This document shows positions 38,039 through 51,689 of a DNA stretch of 64,000 nt, in pieces. The stretch comes from Phoronis australis (taxonomy: Eukaryota; Animalia; Phoronida): contig NMRA01000033.1 in NCBI GenBank assembly GCA_002633005.1, forward strand, positions 1-64,000, in the 5' to 3' direction. The notes beneath the pieces were generated by a model, which was not told the DNA's origin, did no database searches, and saw nothing but the letters and a program-made list of their open reading frames with translations. A program made the translations under genes and the position numbers. Position 1 is the first letter of the stretch. Each line of letters opens with the position of its first letter.

Positions 38039-39710
38039 ATTAGTATATTATATTATAATATAATATAATGAAACAAATGTGTACATATTTGGAGGAGGTG
38101 TGGGTTTTTGGAGTAATGGGCAGTAACCATACTAGACGCAACAGCATTGAACTGCTGAGCGTATGAGCATTTCCATGCCATATACTTTCTCTATTGTGCC
38201 AATACAACCCTCATGAAACTTTTGAGCAAAATGTTTGGCCCACTATAATACATGTATGGCATAATGAGTGTTGATGCACTATTTTATTTTGTAGTGCGTA
38301 AGGTTACGTCATAGTACGTGTGTCAATTGGTTAAGCTTCTTATATAACAGACTTTCCGGTACTATCTGGCCTTCTTGACATGAACCGCTATACTGGTAAC
38401 GCGTACAACGCTAACGATGTTTTCATGGAGCCTAGAGCCTATATCATTGTAAGTTTATACTATTTTTCCGCATATTACCGTAGAATTCACTGGCTGTTTC
38501 TCGTATTGTGTAAGACTGTTTAATTAGCCCATGCTGTATTACGTGGAATATCTTTATTGTATTGTAACGTGAACGCTGTATTTCCAAAGACTTATTATTC
38601 GTTATATTTGTTTCAGTGAAACCGGCCTTGTCGGACAGTAAGCATAACGTCAACCTTGTTCAGAATAAACGTATCATATCCGACTATCCCGTGTGTTCAA
38701 TGCCCATGGCTCCTACAATGAGCATATTTGAAATATATCTTGATGAGTTTAACGAAGAAAATGAGAAATAACGAGATAAAAAACTAAATGTCAGAAGGCT
38801 GCTAGGCAGTTTTGACGTTTGACCTCTGGTTTGACCTTGGTTTGACCTTGAAAATGAACCCGTATTAACAAAATAACACCAGAAATGGACTCCCCATCAC
38901 AGAAAATGGTATAAACAATGTATTACATGACCCTGTTTGTCATGAAGTTGAAAAAACCAAAGTGGGTCGAAATTCAAAATGGCGGAATCCGCCATCTTGA
39001 ATTGCAAAAATGCTTACAGTTGCAGTAAGTGCAACTAAGCTAATTTTGTTCTCCTGATCATATTTAATATATTTCAACTGATCATATTTAATATATTTCA
39101 ACAAAAACATTTACAGTAATCAACATAGCAGGTTCACTATGGGAGCTGTTGGGCTGGCAACTAGACTAATTGTCAACTATAAGCAAACAGGACGTCGTTT
39201 CTACTGTGCATTCATTGGTTTTTCTAAAGCATTTGACAAGATCAGTTACCTTGGCTCAGACTACAAAAAATGACTTTCAGGATGATTTTTAAAAACTTTA
39301 CAATCAATGTATAGCAAACTCCGAAAGCGTGGGAGAACACAGCGTGGTATAACTGATTTTTGATTACAGTATTGGTACTCGACAAGGTTGTATATTAGCC
39401 TTCTTTTGTTTACATTGTATTTGAATGAATTTGTAGAATGTACCGATTCTAGTAATGACGATGGCATTTTTCTAAGTCAAAATGTCTCTGAAAGTATTGT
39501 TATATGCCGATGATATGGCCTTGTGTACTTACTCTCCAGTTAAACTGCAAAAACTACTGTGTGCTTTGGATAAGAAATGTCAAGAATGGGACAGGTCCGT
39601 AAATTTAGCAAAGATCAAAATTATGGTGTTTAGAGACGGAGGTTCCCTGAGAAATTATGAAAGGTGGTATTTTGGAGGTGAAATCTCGAAGTGGTTCCAG
39701 TTACAAGTAT

Positions 39711-40342
39711 ATTTTTTTCTCAAAAATTTGAGACCCCCATCTTTTATTACAATATCAATAACACAGTACAAAGAGAGAAATCCCCAATGACACATCACAC
39801 ACACACATGCGCGCACGCATTTCACCGAAAACTCAATTTCACAAACCAAAAACACCAAATGTACTTTTCTCAACTGCATTTGTTTTTGAAGAGGAAAAAC
39901 AGACCACTTTTGGAGAAATATGTCTCCTAATCAATTTTACAATAATTATATTTTTCGAATGAGAAATAAATTTCTAATTCTTTTTTGAAAAGTGTTATAG
40001 ATGGAGTTTCTACTTTCAACTTTCTATAGTATATAATTATGCTTTTTGGCCAAAAGAACGATAAGGTTCAACGGATTATTCGCTTTTCCAGCTTTACCAA
40101 ATATAACAGTCTGAAAATCTATCAATATATCGACGTTTTTTCGTGAATATAACATTCAGCTATTCTTTTCCAAAAAGGCTATCAAAAATGCAACCCCAAA
40201 ATAAACTTTCAGGTTCATTCCTACAAAAGGTACATCGGTTAGTTTGAGAAATACCAATGCCCATTATTATTTGTTGCTAAAATCCTATGTACAATTTTCA
40301 TTTGAAACCATCTGAGTCTAACATTTGAAGTACAAAAACAGA
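39711..40342. mobile_element. AT-rich insertion in the LINE flanked by a 12-bp direct repeat
   Basis: AGTTACAAGTAT at 39699-39710 and 40343-40354; the insert interrupts the YKYLG motif. Confidence 0.65.
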
Positions 40343-42149
40343 AGTTACAAGTATCTTGGTATTGTGTTCACGCCAGCGTTATTGGAGACTATGGCTACTC
40401 AGACCGTCAGCTAAAGCCATGAAGGTCGCCACGTTTCAACCGCGTGTGGCCTCCGAGATATTTGATAAAATGGTTTACCCTACCTTGTGTTATGGAACCG
40501 AAATATGGAGTTTACAAGAATACAACTGGTTAGAATAAGTGCATGTTAAATTTTATAAGCGTGTGTTGTGTGTACCTAATTCATGCTCAAACGATGATGC
40601 ACGAAGAGAAAGGGGGTGGCTACCGTTATTTACCAAGCACTATGTGGCCGTGATCCAGTATTGGTTCAAACTTTTCAAAATGCCTCCTCATCGTAACTCA
40701 AACGCAGCTTAAGACAGTTAGTATGACAGGTCAAAATGATCGGCACTCCCAAAATTGGGTCACATCAGTTAGACTTATACTGTCAAATTAAGGATTCCAA
40801 GATGTTTGGATAAATCAAGGCGTTGTGTGTGAAATTATTTTTCAGCTAATTTTTAGACATCAAATAAGGGATTATTATTTGCAAGGATGGAGACAGCGTT
40901 GAGAATAATACTAAATTGTGTTTTTATGATCAACTTAAAAAGGAATTCAAATTGGAAAAATTAAGTTTGAATATACCCCGTGCACAAATTATGTCCATGG
41001 CACGATTTCGTTGTTCTTGTCAGTCTCATAATATAAGTAGGCAGGCACTTGAATTTGGATAAGGCAAACAGAGTGTGTCCCTTCTGCCCCAATGTTGCTG
41101 AACATGAGTGCCACATCCTTCTTAGCTATGATAAATATTCTGAATTGAGAAAAGATTATATTGAAATTATATTGAAGTGTATTACTGGATTTTTTTGTCT
41201 GCTTTTAAGTTCAATAGATCAATGTCAACAAATGATGATGCTAAATTAGTTAACCTATGTAAATGTGTATTTTATGCTCCTCGACTCCGTGATAGCTTGC
41301 TGCACTCCTAGCTATGTTACATGTTGTTCCTGTGTACAGTGGGTCAGTGGCGTTTATTACAGAAATAAATTGATTGAATGATTGGTTTAAGTGAGTTTCA
41401 GCAAAAGTCTGGGAGACAACGGCTAGAATCGGCGATTTGTTTTAAAATCATATTAAAAATAACAAATGTTGTTGTCTTGTAGCTCTGGTCAAACTCGGTA
41501 ACTTCATTAAGTCTGTTTCTTTCAGCAATAATCACAAATGCTTTTTGGATCGTAAAAACGACAGAGTCGTTTTAATAAATCATTACAAACAGTCTTACGT
41601 TTTATTTGTAGCTCTGCGATTTTCTGGCGGGTCCACTCTCAAAAACAACGAGTGTTGGATTCTAGTTGATGGGTTTTCACGATAGTCGTCAAGCTAGAAA
41701 TAATGAAAATGACTAAATGTCTGAGAACAATCACATCACTTTTACACTGTTTCTTCAACATTATTGTTGGTGCAACATAATGTTGCAGAAATGTTGCCCA
41801 GTACACAAAGAGAAATGAAGAGTTTCAACATTCTGATAAGATATTGGGAAAATGGTCGAGCAAGTACAACAAGGACGTGTTTATTGCAACACTTCTCCAG
41901 CATTATGTGTTGCAACACGGTGCTGAACAATTTGCTGTGTGTATACTGAGGGAAAGCAGTTTTGTAACAGTTAACCAACACCACAGACATCATATGAAGG
42001 AGTCGTGTCATTTGTGTACAATAGCTTGTCTCTCAAATGTAACTCCCTGACTAAGAAATGATAGCCTATGCCCCATGCTGTTCCCAAATGTGAATCCGAG
42101 GCCTGGTCAAATCCATTTCATCCCTTTCTATTTTATAATGTACTCGAGA

Positions 42150-44910
42150 CTAATTCTTAGCCCGTATCGTTCCCTTTTGAAGGAAATGGTGTCACTTTTA
42201 CAATATTTCAGAAGAGCCCGGTAGACACGCGATCTCACCGTTATTTTGGCCGCCATTTTGGATTTAAGTATGGCAGCAGTGTAAATTGAACGCACAACGA
42301 AATCATGAAAATTTATAGAACAGCGACATTCCTGCACCCCAGTTTTGTTACATAACTACGTATATAAGTAGCTTGTTGGCAAGGAAAAAGCAGATTTGTA
42401 TCAAAAACTGAGTGTTTTGCAGAGAAATGTTGACGTAGGAAATTTAAATCGCACCATCCACTATGTTAAGAGTGAAATAGGCTTTCTTTTTCGTTTTAAC
42501 TGAATTTAACAAAACGCTGCAAGTGTTTTGGGACTTAATGATTTGATGAAAGGAATATACACTAACATGCGCGTGAGTGTTAAAGCTTCGTCACACTCAG
42601 TGTAGTATTTACATATCAGTCACAGTTCTTTCAGTGAGTGTCATTTATAGTATAATGGCCTCGGTTTACTGAAAACGGTTAAAAATCGTTTATTTGTAAA
42701 TGCTGGAGATCTAAGCAGCAATGGGTGCAGCTTAAATATCCAACCAACTCGGAAATTTGATTATTTGTAAAATGAATTCTCGACTTTTGTTGATCTCCAG
42801 AAAGGTGCAGTGAAGACTAGTTAATGCACTTTGCAGATATCATTTTAAAATTCAAGGCATTTGATCACTTGTCCCCAGAAATTGATATTCAACGTCTAGA
42901 TAATGACTGCTTTGTGGAGGAAAGCGCTATGAGGAGCGATCTTCCATGTAAAATCGCCTGAATAAATTAAAACGAAGATAACGCCAGTGACGACAAGGCA
43001 ATACCGATTGAAACACCAATGCTGAAAGTGACACTGACACAATGCCAATGCCGTTCACCGCCAACCGTCGACAGTATCACTGCCAATCCTAACGACGTCG
43101 ACGAGCTGAAAGCATCCTGGAGCCAGCAACGGAAGTTGACAACGGCCGTGAATGATTACTACGCCAATGACGGCGACAACGTAGCAAACGGCAAAGGCAA
43201 CGAGAATGCAACTACTGAACACGTCGTCGTCAATAACGATGCCGTCTCCTACGAAGAGGATGGCGACGACTTTAACCATAAGGCTCGCACAGCATATGGT
43301 GCAAGCGACAGTTTATGAAATTTTTACCAAGATGACGCAAACGATGATGCCGAATGCCATGATGACAACAAATATTGAAACGATAATAACTACGAAACTG
43401 TTGCACAAGAGGAGGTCAATCGACAAGAGAGTGAGGAATGGTCAATCAATAAAAGAACAGTCGTCAGAAAATCTCGAATAAATCCAGAGCAGCAAGAGGT
43501 AGCTGCAGAAACGGAATCAACGTTTTTGGAGTTCTTTACAATGATATCTAAATCCAAAAACATTTATCAAAGGACTGTGGTGTCATGGCTCTGTAAAGCA
43601 AATTTGAATACACAGCCAAGTTGTGTATGATGCCAAAAAAATTTTCTCGATTTATTGAAAGTTAGTTGGACAAAAATGAGATATGCATTGTTCTAACGAC
43701 AGAAAAGGTCAAAGTGTTCTTGTTCTCCGAGACGACTGTTTTTAAAACAGGTTTAGACACGTCTCAGTGTCAGATCTTAGTGATCAGTAATTCTCAAGTA
43801 ACTCGAGAACCTTAAGGCGTAGCTCAAAACGGGTGCACACTGTTTATATCTCTTCACAGGATTTATCCGCATATTAATATCCAGAACAATACGTGAAATG
43901 CGTGCTGAACCGAGGCTACGTAAAGCAAAAATTTAGAAAATAGCGCCACAGAACTAACAAAAATCAAAAATAACATTTTTAAGATACTCTAAAGTTATGT
44001 GTCGTATTCAAATTTCTTTTCAGCCGGACTATAAATGAGGTCCGTATCATGCGAATAACACACAAGGTCTATGTTGTTTTTGTACCATGAGACGTTTGCT
44101 GCTAGCTTGAGATACGTACCAGTAATGGACCTGAGTCACTAGTAAATTTCAAATAACTCCAAAACGGTAAATCCTAGTGAGGAACGCATGTCAACGCCTA
44201 GCTCTTGACATATCCGCATTCGAATACTTCAGAGGAATGTGGAGCTATTAGAAATTTGAAAAATGGCCCCCACTTCACCACCTTAGCTGCGATTTCAATC
44301 AAAACAACATGTCTTGAGATAAAGAAAAAGCTCAAAGTGTTCATAATTGACGCGAATCCGCTTAAAATGTGGCATACAACATAGTACAGTCATAAGTTTA
44401 ATACTTTAATCTATGGTACAGCCGACAAGAAATCTGGGAATGATCACTCAATAAAAGAACAGTTGTCAGGAAATCGTGATTTTTTAACTTTTAAAGACGT
44501 CGGATTAACGACATCAGCAGGTAAACATGTTTTGAACTTTAGTGGAGTTCCAGATAAACAAAAATATTTAATATATTGAAATAGAGAACTAAAGACACCG
44601 GCGATACAGAATGTGAACATTGCAAATTAGTCCTTTTTGGCACTCATCTTGTACTCTAATGTTGTTGCAAACAAATATTCTTCCGTCATGATATCACAAA
44701 TGTCCCAGTTAGAGCACAGCACAGTCAAACTGTTACTAATGGCACATGTTTTTTTTATCTCTCGCTGGTAAATCATGTCTTAGTAGCAGCCATATTAAAA
44801 TCTAAGATCGCAGCCATACTAGGGGTCAAATCACGTGTTTCCCGGGCTTTTTGAAAAGTGCACGGCAAATAACATTAGTGCTCAAAATTTCACATTTTCT
44901 ACAAAAACTG
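42150..44910. mobile_element. Decayed TIR DNA transposon of unassigned superfamily containing an acidic Asp/Asn-rich coding relic
   Basis: 42200-42280 is an inverted homolog of 44785-44865. Interrupted D/N/E-rich frame at 43019-43630. Confidence 0.45.
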
Positions 44911-46312
44911 AACTTTCTTCCTCTTTCGTCTCTCCTTATCCACAGCAGCAGCCAAATTTGCCATTCCTTCACGATAATAGCGGAAATTGCTGCAAATACA
45001 CTCTAAACACACAAGTCATATTTTTTCACTCCAAACGTTCTTTTCCCTCTCATTTTCACCAACAAATTTCGAACATGTCATTAATATATTGCTAGTCTTT
45101 TATGGTAAATCTACACAAGGCACGTTCCATAATTGTTGGAACAGTGGTCGAGAAATGTTGTGAAAATATTACCAGTGTACACCTTAAAAACGTAACATCC
45201 TTCACTTCCGCACCTGCGAATGTGTATATCCTCAACTCTTAAGCGATTAATATTTTCAAAGAAAACGCTTTCAAACTTTTTGTCGGACATATTTGACAAT
45301 GGAATATACATGAAAACAGTCTCACATTTTGACAGTTTTGTCAATCGTCAATAGCACGGTTCCTATGGAACGCTGCCTTGGGCTGTCTCCTGTAAACTCG
45401 TGATAACGCAAAATCACGCAAGACATCGCAAAATATCACCATGCATACGATAACAAGCGAAGCATGTGGTCGTCCTAGCTTTACTTGCGAAATGCTCGTA
45501 TCTTCGCAACTTGATTCAAACAGTGCATCACGTGATTTTGCATCGCAACTTTTACCGTTTTTGGAGCACAAAATCGTATTTTGCTTCACCCATTCTGGTG
45601 TTCGAGACGGGAGGAGTTGATTGGGACAAAACGCAATTTATTTCCTTCAAGCACATTTTCAGACGTTAGACATTTTTGTGTGATTAGTTTGAATATTCCA
45701 TCGCTCAACAGTGGTAATTTGATGGCAGGGTGGCGGCAAAGAAATAACAAAAATGCGGAGAAACATCCCTCTACATTGAATGTATGCATGTATGCAGAGG
45801 CAGTTATATACCCAGCCGCACAATTTTGATTTAGCGAAAAGTCTTATTTCGGAATGTCGCTGCCGTACCGGAAAATGACAATTGATTACTCCGAGAGGGG
45901 CGTTCTGCTGGGGTAGTGGGGCAAACGCACTCGTCATCTTGAAACATCTTAGGAACACGTGTTCAAGGCATGTGTTTTGTTTTTAAAGCTATTAGTCTTC
46001 AACTCTAGGCATATCTCTTTAAACCTTACCTGACTTGAGTAACCGTATCCAAATTTGCCGTAAGCGAACACAAACTCAACCTCTAGTCTTCCAACAACCT
46101 GACAACAAAGTACAAAAGTAGGGATTTAGTTGACTACCCTAAAATACAATCTATCCTGTTCGTCATGTCTGTATAAACAATAAATAAGTAAATGAATATG
46201 AAAGCGCTCGGAGAAGCGACACTTGGTGAAAAGACCACGAAGTTGGCGAAGAAAAATTGACATCGATACGATAACGAACACAATTTTTAAGTCCGACTTA
46301 CAACACTGAGAG

Positions 46313-47107
46313 ACTTCAGTCTTACAACATACGCTTGAAAGGAAAAGGAGATTATTCACTTGGAACCACATTTGGAGACTGAAATAAGATAAAATGGAAT
46401 ACGTGTACTGCATAAATGAGAATAAAGATGATGATGATCATGGAGCCGATGGTGATGGTGTTCATGACGATCATATGACGGCTGTAGATATGCCAGAATG
46501 CCTACTGTGATTCAAGATGGTGACTCTGGCGTCCGTTTTGTTGTAAAAAATTAACGTATTGGCCGTCAAACATGACTGGAGAATTCTGGAGAATAGCTTG
46601 GTCATTGGTCTCTAGAGGCATTGTAGTATAAGATAATCACTTACTTAGAGGAGTTGTAGATTGGGTGCAGACGGGAGGTAAGTGGGACCGAGGTCTCCAC
46701 TTACCTTACGTGTATTCGAATATTCTTAACCAGCGAAAGGCGGGAAACTCCTCACTCATTGATAAAAACCTGGCGGACCAGTTTGCTGCAATACTGCAAT
46801 GCCTCTAGAGACCAATGACCAACCTATTCGCCAGAATTCTCCAGTCATGTTTGACGGCCAATGCGTTAATTTTTTATAACAAAACGGACGCCAGAGTCAA
46901 CATCTTGAATCACATTAGGCATTCTGACATATGTGCAGCCGTCATATGATCGTCATGAACACCATCATCATCGGCTCCAGGATCATCATCATCTTTATTC
47001 TCATTTATTCAACACATGTATTTCATTTTACCCTATTTCAGTCTCCAAATGTGCTTCCAAGTGAATAATCTCCTTTTCGTTTCAAGCGTATGTTGTAAGA
47101 CTGAAGT
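46313..47107. repeat. 317-bp inverted repeat (46313-46629 / 46791-47107) with a 161-bp spacer containing a hairpin
   Basis: Arms align end to end with roughly 90% identity by eye. Spacer hairpin GGTAAGTGG-GACC-GA-GGTC-T-CCACTTACC at ~46677-46705. Confidence 0.92.
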
Positions 47108-48224
47108 ACAAATGAGCTTAGCTCCAAGTACAAGTACAATATTCAACGTCATGCATTTTGCGTCTCTGGTAGTGCAAATTCTAGGTATTTGCACACAATT
47201 TTCGTTCACATTTCTTAGGACGACTCGGGAATCCCTGGGAAACCCCTACAGAATTGTCGTTACCCTAATGAAACAAGGCACAGTTTTTGTTATTTGTTTA
47301 TTTCACTATCAAATAACGATTGCGTAATACTTGGAATTAGTGGGGCTTATATGTGTTCACACTTGTTTTCAAGTGTGGTGCTTTCTTTAAAACTGCAATT
47401 TGTTTACAAATTGTTTCTTTTCCTGGTTATACTTGAACACACAGTTCTCCAGGAAGTCACTAAGTGGCGCATGCTACAAATCTTAACGGTTTTAATGAGA
47501 CATAGCATTATTAACATAAAAATAACGAACGTTGGTTAACATACGCAGAGCCTAATAAGTATATTCATAAACTTATATTTCCTCCTGTCACCAGACTTGT
47601 AGCATCAGAATTGACAAATCAATATGGGAACTAAACATAGTCTGAAAAACGTTTGAGCCCTGAAGTTTCAACTTGAAGTGCATACACTTTTCCTATAGAA
47701 ATTATTAATTAATGCTACTACTTAGACTGGCCGCATTTGCCTGACTGTCATGTTTCTAAAGGGTCTTCACAGTGTGCATTACCATTGCACCAGCAACAAA
47801 CAACACCACGTAAGCAGCACTGCCAGCGTGATTAGTCATCTGAAGAGGAACGGGCCTCGGTGGCAAAAATATGTTCGATCACTTCACATCCGGGTACTTT
47901 TTGAAGTCGAAGGTAAGAAGAAACACTCTTTCTTCCCAATGTAGTAAAAGCAGTTTTAACATATCTGCTTGTTTAACTCAGCCCCACCTGTCATTTTCTT
48001 TTATCAGAAATTACACCAGTTTAATAGGTAACGAAACTGAAAATCTGAAACAAAAAACATTTGCTAAGTGCCATTAAAAAGATGTTGCATTCAATGCTGA
48101 AACCATATAGACTTAAAAATGTTCTTGTTGAGGTTATCTTTTGAATTCAACTAAAGATGTGATTTGTGTTTTCCAGCTTCACATAAGTGTCATATCTTTA
48201 TTTAAGGACACTGCAATTGTTATC

Positions 48225-49548
48225 ACTAGAGTCTTATGGAGTTAATGATAACGAACTCCTTTGGTTTAGAAACTACTTATAAGACCGTAAACAGGCCACC
48301 AAATACGGTGGTATTCTTTCTGACTACTCAACCGTAATCAAGTGGGTACCTCAGGGTTCCATTTTGGGCCCTCTATTATTCACTATTTTTGTTAACGACC
48401 TCCTTACTGTCCCAGTTTTATACGCTGATGACACTGCAATTATGTCCGCAGCTGGATCAGTAAAAGAACTCGAAACTTCCCTCAACGATGAGCTAGCCCT
48501 TATCCATGACTAGCTGATTCAAAATAAACTCACTCTTAACGTTAGTAAAACCAAATCGATGCTGTTTGGAACCCACCAGAAATTAAAACAACAAAAACTG
48601 TCCCTTTCTATCAACGGTTCTCCCATCGAGAACGTTGACAAGTTTAAGTACTTGGGCCTTATTTTAGATCCCAATCTTAAATTTAATATGCACATAGATC
48701 ATATCACCAAAAATTATCAAAGAAAATCGGTGTACTTAAACGTCTAAGCAAATTTCTTAATGTCAGTACTCTTAAGACCCTTTACCATTCTATTATTCAG
48801 CCTCATATTGATTATTGTTTACCGGTTTTGGGGCACACTAGTGACACACTTGTCAGCAACGTCCAAGTAATCCAAAATAGGGCCGCCAGGGCTATCCTGG
48901 GTACTAAATTAGGGACACTAGGGTTGACGACTTGTATTCCTACAAGCTGGGATTTATGAAAGTAAGACAAAGAAATAAATATCTATTTGCCTGTTGTATG
49001 TACAGATGTATCAATGGCTTGGCTCCAGCATATCTCAGCAGCAAATTCAATAGCAGTCAGGCTGTATATTCTACACGTTCTTCTGCTGCTGGCAATGTTT
49101 CTTCTAAAAAATTATAACCGAGACGGGCAAGAGATCTTTTATCTATGCAGCTGCTATAATATGGAATTCTCTTAGCCCAGAAATTTAACGGTCCAGTTCA
49201 ATTACTACCTTCAAAGTAAATATTAAAAAATGGCTGTAATTTACCTAACCTTTTATACCCTGTGTGTCTTAATCATGTCATTTTTTCATTGTCGTAAATA
49301 CTCTCACCGTCTAGAGTCATCTCTTAATTCATTTCATCTGTCTTAGTTAAATTTTTACCATTATTCGTCATTTAGTTATTGTCTCAATTCTGAACCTGTT
49401 TTAATTGTATCTTTGTTACGTATATTTCATTGTTGTTTTATTACTTCATTGCAATATATTGCTGTTTTTCCTGTTGAGGGCCCTCTTGGAAAGCAGTGCT
49501 ATCACAGAAGAGGCCACCCTCATTTTAAATATCACAATAAACAAATAA
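48225..49548 (+). mobile_element. CR1/L2-group LINE, 3' half
   Basis: VPQGSILGPLLFTIFVNDL, LYADDTAI, KTKSMLFGTHQKL, KFKYLGLILD, PHIDYC and QVIQNRAARAIL; 3' stem-loop (ggccctctt...aagaggcc) and (AATAAAC)n tail. Confidence 0.9.
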
Positions 49549-50579
49549 GTCACCTGTTTTAAACATGAAACGAGTGTCATCAATCGAAAGCTGTCGCTAA
49601 TGCACAAGCATTTCATGAGTACAACCCTAGTTGCATTTGTGCTTTCTACGCAAGTTCATGGAACGTGGAAAATAGTGTTATTCAGATGTGGTGGTCATGT
49701 CGTCGAAAAACCACCAGGGAGTTTTAGAAAATTGGATAGTGTGAAATTTTGTTTTGTGAAGTTCTACAAGAAGCGGGAAGTGTATTTTTAATGCACCAAT
49801 TAATGACCATTTTCAAGGACATACCGTTCATTCCGTCAAAAACCGGGTACTTCTACGACAACCACAGATTGCTCGGTCTACTCAGCTGACTAACTACTTG
49901 AAATCTACGTTTTACGTTGAAGTTCATTAATAAATGAATACGACTTATATATAACTAGCCTTTATTCTTGATACGTATGCATTTAATTCAAACACTGGAC
50001 GACGACGAGGAAGACTAATTATCACATTCATGAAACGTGACTTCCGACTTAAGTCAGAAATTTCATCTTGCCTTTCCAATTACCTAATGAAGTTATCGCC
50101 ATGTCATTATTAGCACGTCACAGGAAACAAACAGTTTTTATCATACATACATGTACGTGTTGATACAGGCGTGGGATAAAGGAGTTATCAAGGGGTCTGA
50201 TATGATAAAAATACATTTCCATATCAGCCCTGGGGCTGATAACCCATATCAGTCCATAGGCTGATAAGTGCCGTTATTCCCCGTTAAAGTCTAGGCAAAA
50301 TGACTAAGACTGACAGTACATTAGCTAGCGCAGTGCTGGAAACCCAGAGGTATTTATAGCTTTATACAACTTCCCATTGTACTGTGCTGGTGTTCTAAGC
50401 AAATGCAAAACGAAATACTCAATAACGAAAAAACAAAAAAAACTCAAAAGTACATAGATAAACGCCAGTTTACTCTATAGTTTGATAAATATGACTGATG
50501 AAAAAATACGATGAAAAACATGACAATTACTAAATGCACGTTACACCGCAACAACTGCCCCGACATCTATTGATATGAG

Positions 50580-51115
50580 TACGAATTTCAAAATCAGCGC
50601 ATATGCAAACAACGACATATTAATCGACGTTTCAGTTTGTCACTAAACCGTTCTCAATACAAATGTTCACAATATTCCTGTCAGGTGAAGAACAGTCTGC
50701 ACAGGTACACGTCAAAATGCATTGTGAGGGGGAAATTCCAGAAATCAAAACAACTGGACCTGAAATGAACCCATGTTTCTATTCAGACACCGCCCTGGGT
50801 GATTCAACCGTACATACATAGTCTCCTTTTTGAGGAGCCTGAGGGTTGCATTATTCGTGTCCAAGATCTGAACACCAGAGTAATCTAGATGTGACCAATG
50901 AATGATTAAGAACAGTACTGTGTGTGTCTTTACAATGTTCTTTGACTATGATGCTGAAAATCCTGTTCGTCACTCCAATGTAAAACTGTTCATATTCATT
51001 ACAGTTGAGTTGGTACACATGTGAACATTTGTTTTTAGAATGGTTCAGTGACAATAAACCGAAACGCCGATTAATATGCCTATGTTTACATATGCGCTGG
51101 TTTTAAAGTTCGTCA
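50580..51115 (-). mobile_element. Short Penelope-like relic with inverted ends
   Basis: GIY-YIG fragment HVYQLNCNEYEQFYIGVTNRIFSIIVKEH. 50580-50660 is an inverted homolog of 51030-51115, with a TGAGAA-stem-GAAACGTC motif. Confidence 0.7.
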
Positions 51116-51689
51116 TATATTGAGTACTAAGGAAGGTATATTGCTATGGCAAACAAAACTCCTACGCCAACACGGAAAAACAGTTTCCAATGTAACACTG
51201 TGCCGTTGTTTGCAAATTTTAAGTTAGTAAACAATTAATAGTTAATGAAGTTATTCATGATGAATTTCTGGTTTCCGGCGTAATTCAAAGAAAATTTAAC
51301 AAAGAATTGAAATTGTTAATAGAGTGCCTAACACTGGTCGTCTGCTATTGCAATCACTGCCAATCCACGTTATCGTGGATGGTTTACTGTATATATCTTG
51401 AATTATGGAAGCTACATTCGATTTACAATTGTCCCTGTGCTCTGACTCACGCTCAGGAGTTATAAGAGATTTCAGTGGCGTTCTGTTCCTACACCGACAC
51501 ATTTTGCCGCCTCACTCATCACCGACAGATTTGGCGAATGCGCACCTTTGGGTATGTGTGATAAATATGTTATATAACGTACGTGATGATAACTGTGGGT
51601 TATCATATGTGCGGGTTATTAAATTCAAACGTATATAATGGTTTAATTGGTAACAAATAGTGCGGGCTTCCTGCACGCCAGAAGTCCCA

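Larger units (their letters stand above)
34461..39168 (-). mobile_element. Academ DNA transposon (decayed) with intact termini
   Basis: Perfect 14-bp TIR TAGTCTAGTTGCCA / TGGCAACTAGACTA and 3-bp TSD ATT (34458-34460, 39169-39171). Subterminal aagatggcgg inverted repeats, and internal LKEMLAYFFVAGHHNCMRYL (Academ-type ML.YF.A.GH.NY.RY motif). Confidence 0.8.
34240..41385 (+). mobile_element. 5'-truncated LINE (RT plus C-terminal CCHC-like region) split by two insertions
   Basis: VPLFKQG and QAGFRKECSTVNQ before 34460. Resumes at 39172 with FYCAFIGFSKAFDKI, LLYADDMAL, YKYLG, LCYGTEIW and RVCPFCPNVAEHECHILL; AATAAA plus an (ATTG)n-like tail near 41365-41385. Confidence 0.85.

Noticed and set aside
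39053-39100. 24-bp tandem duplication near the Academ right end
   Set aside because: Ordinary slippage duplication with no functional signal.
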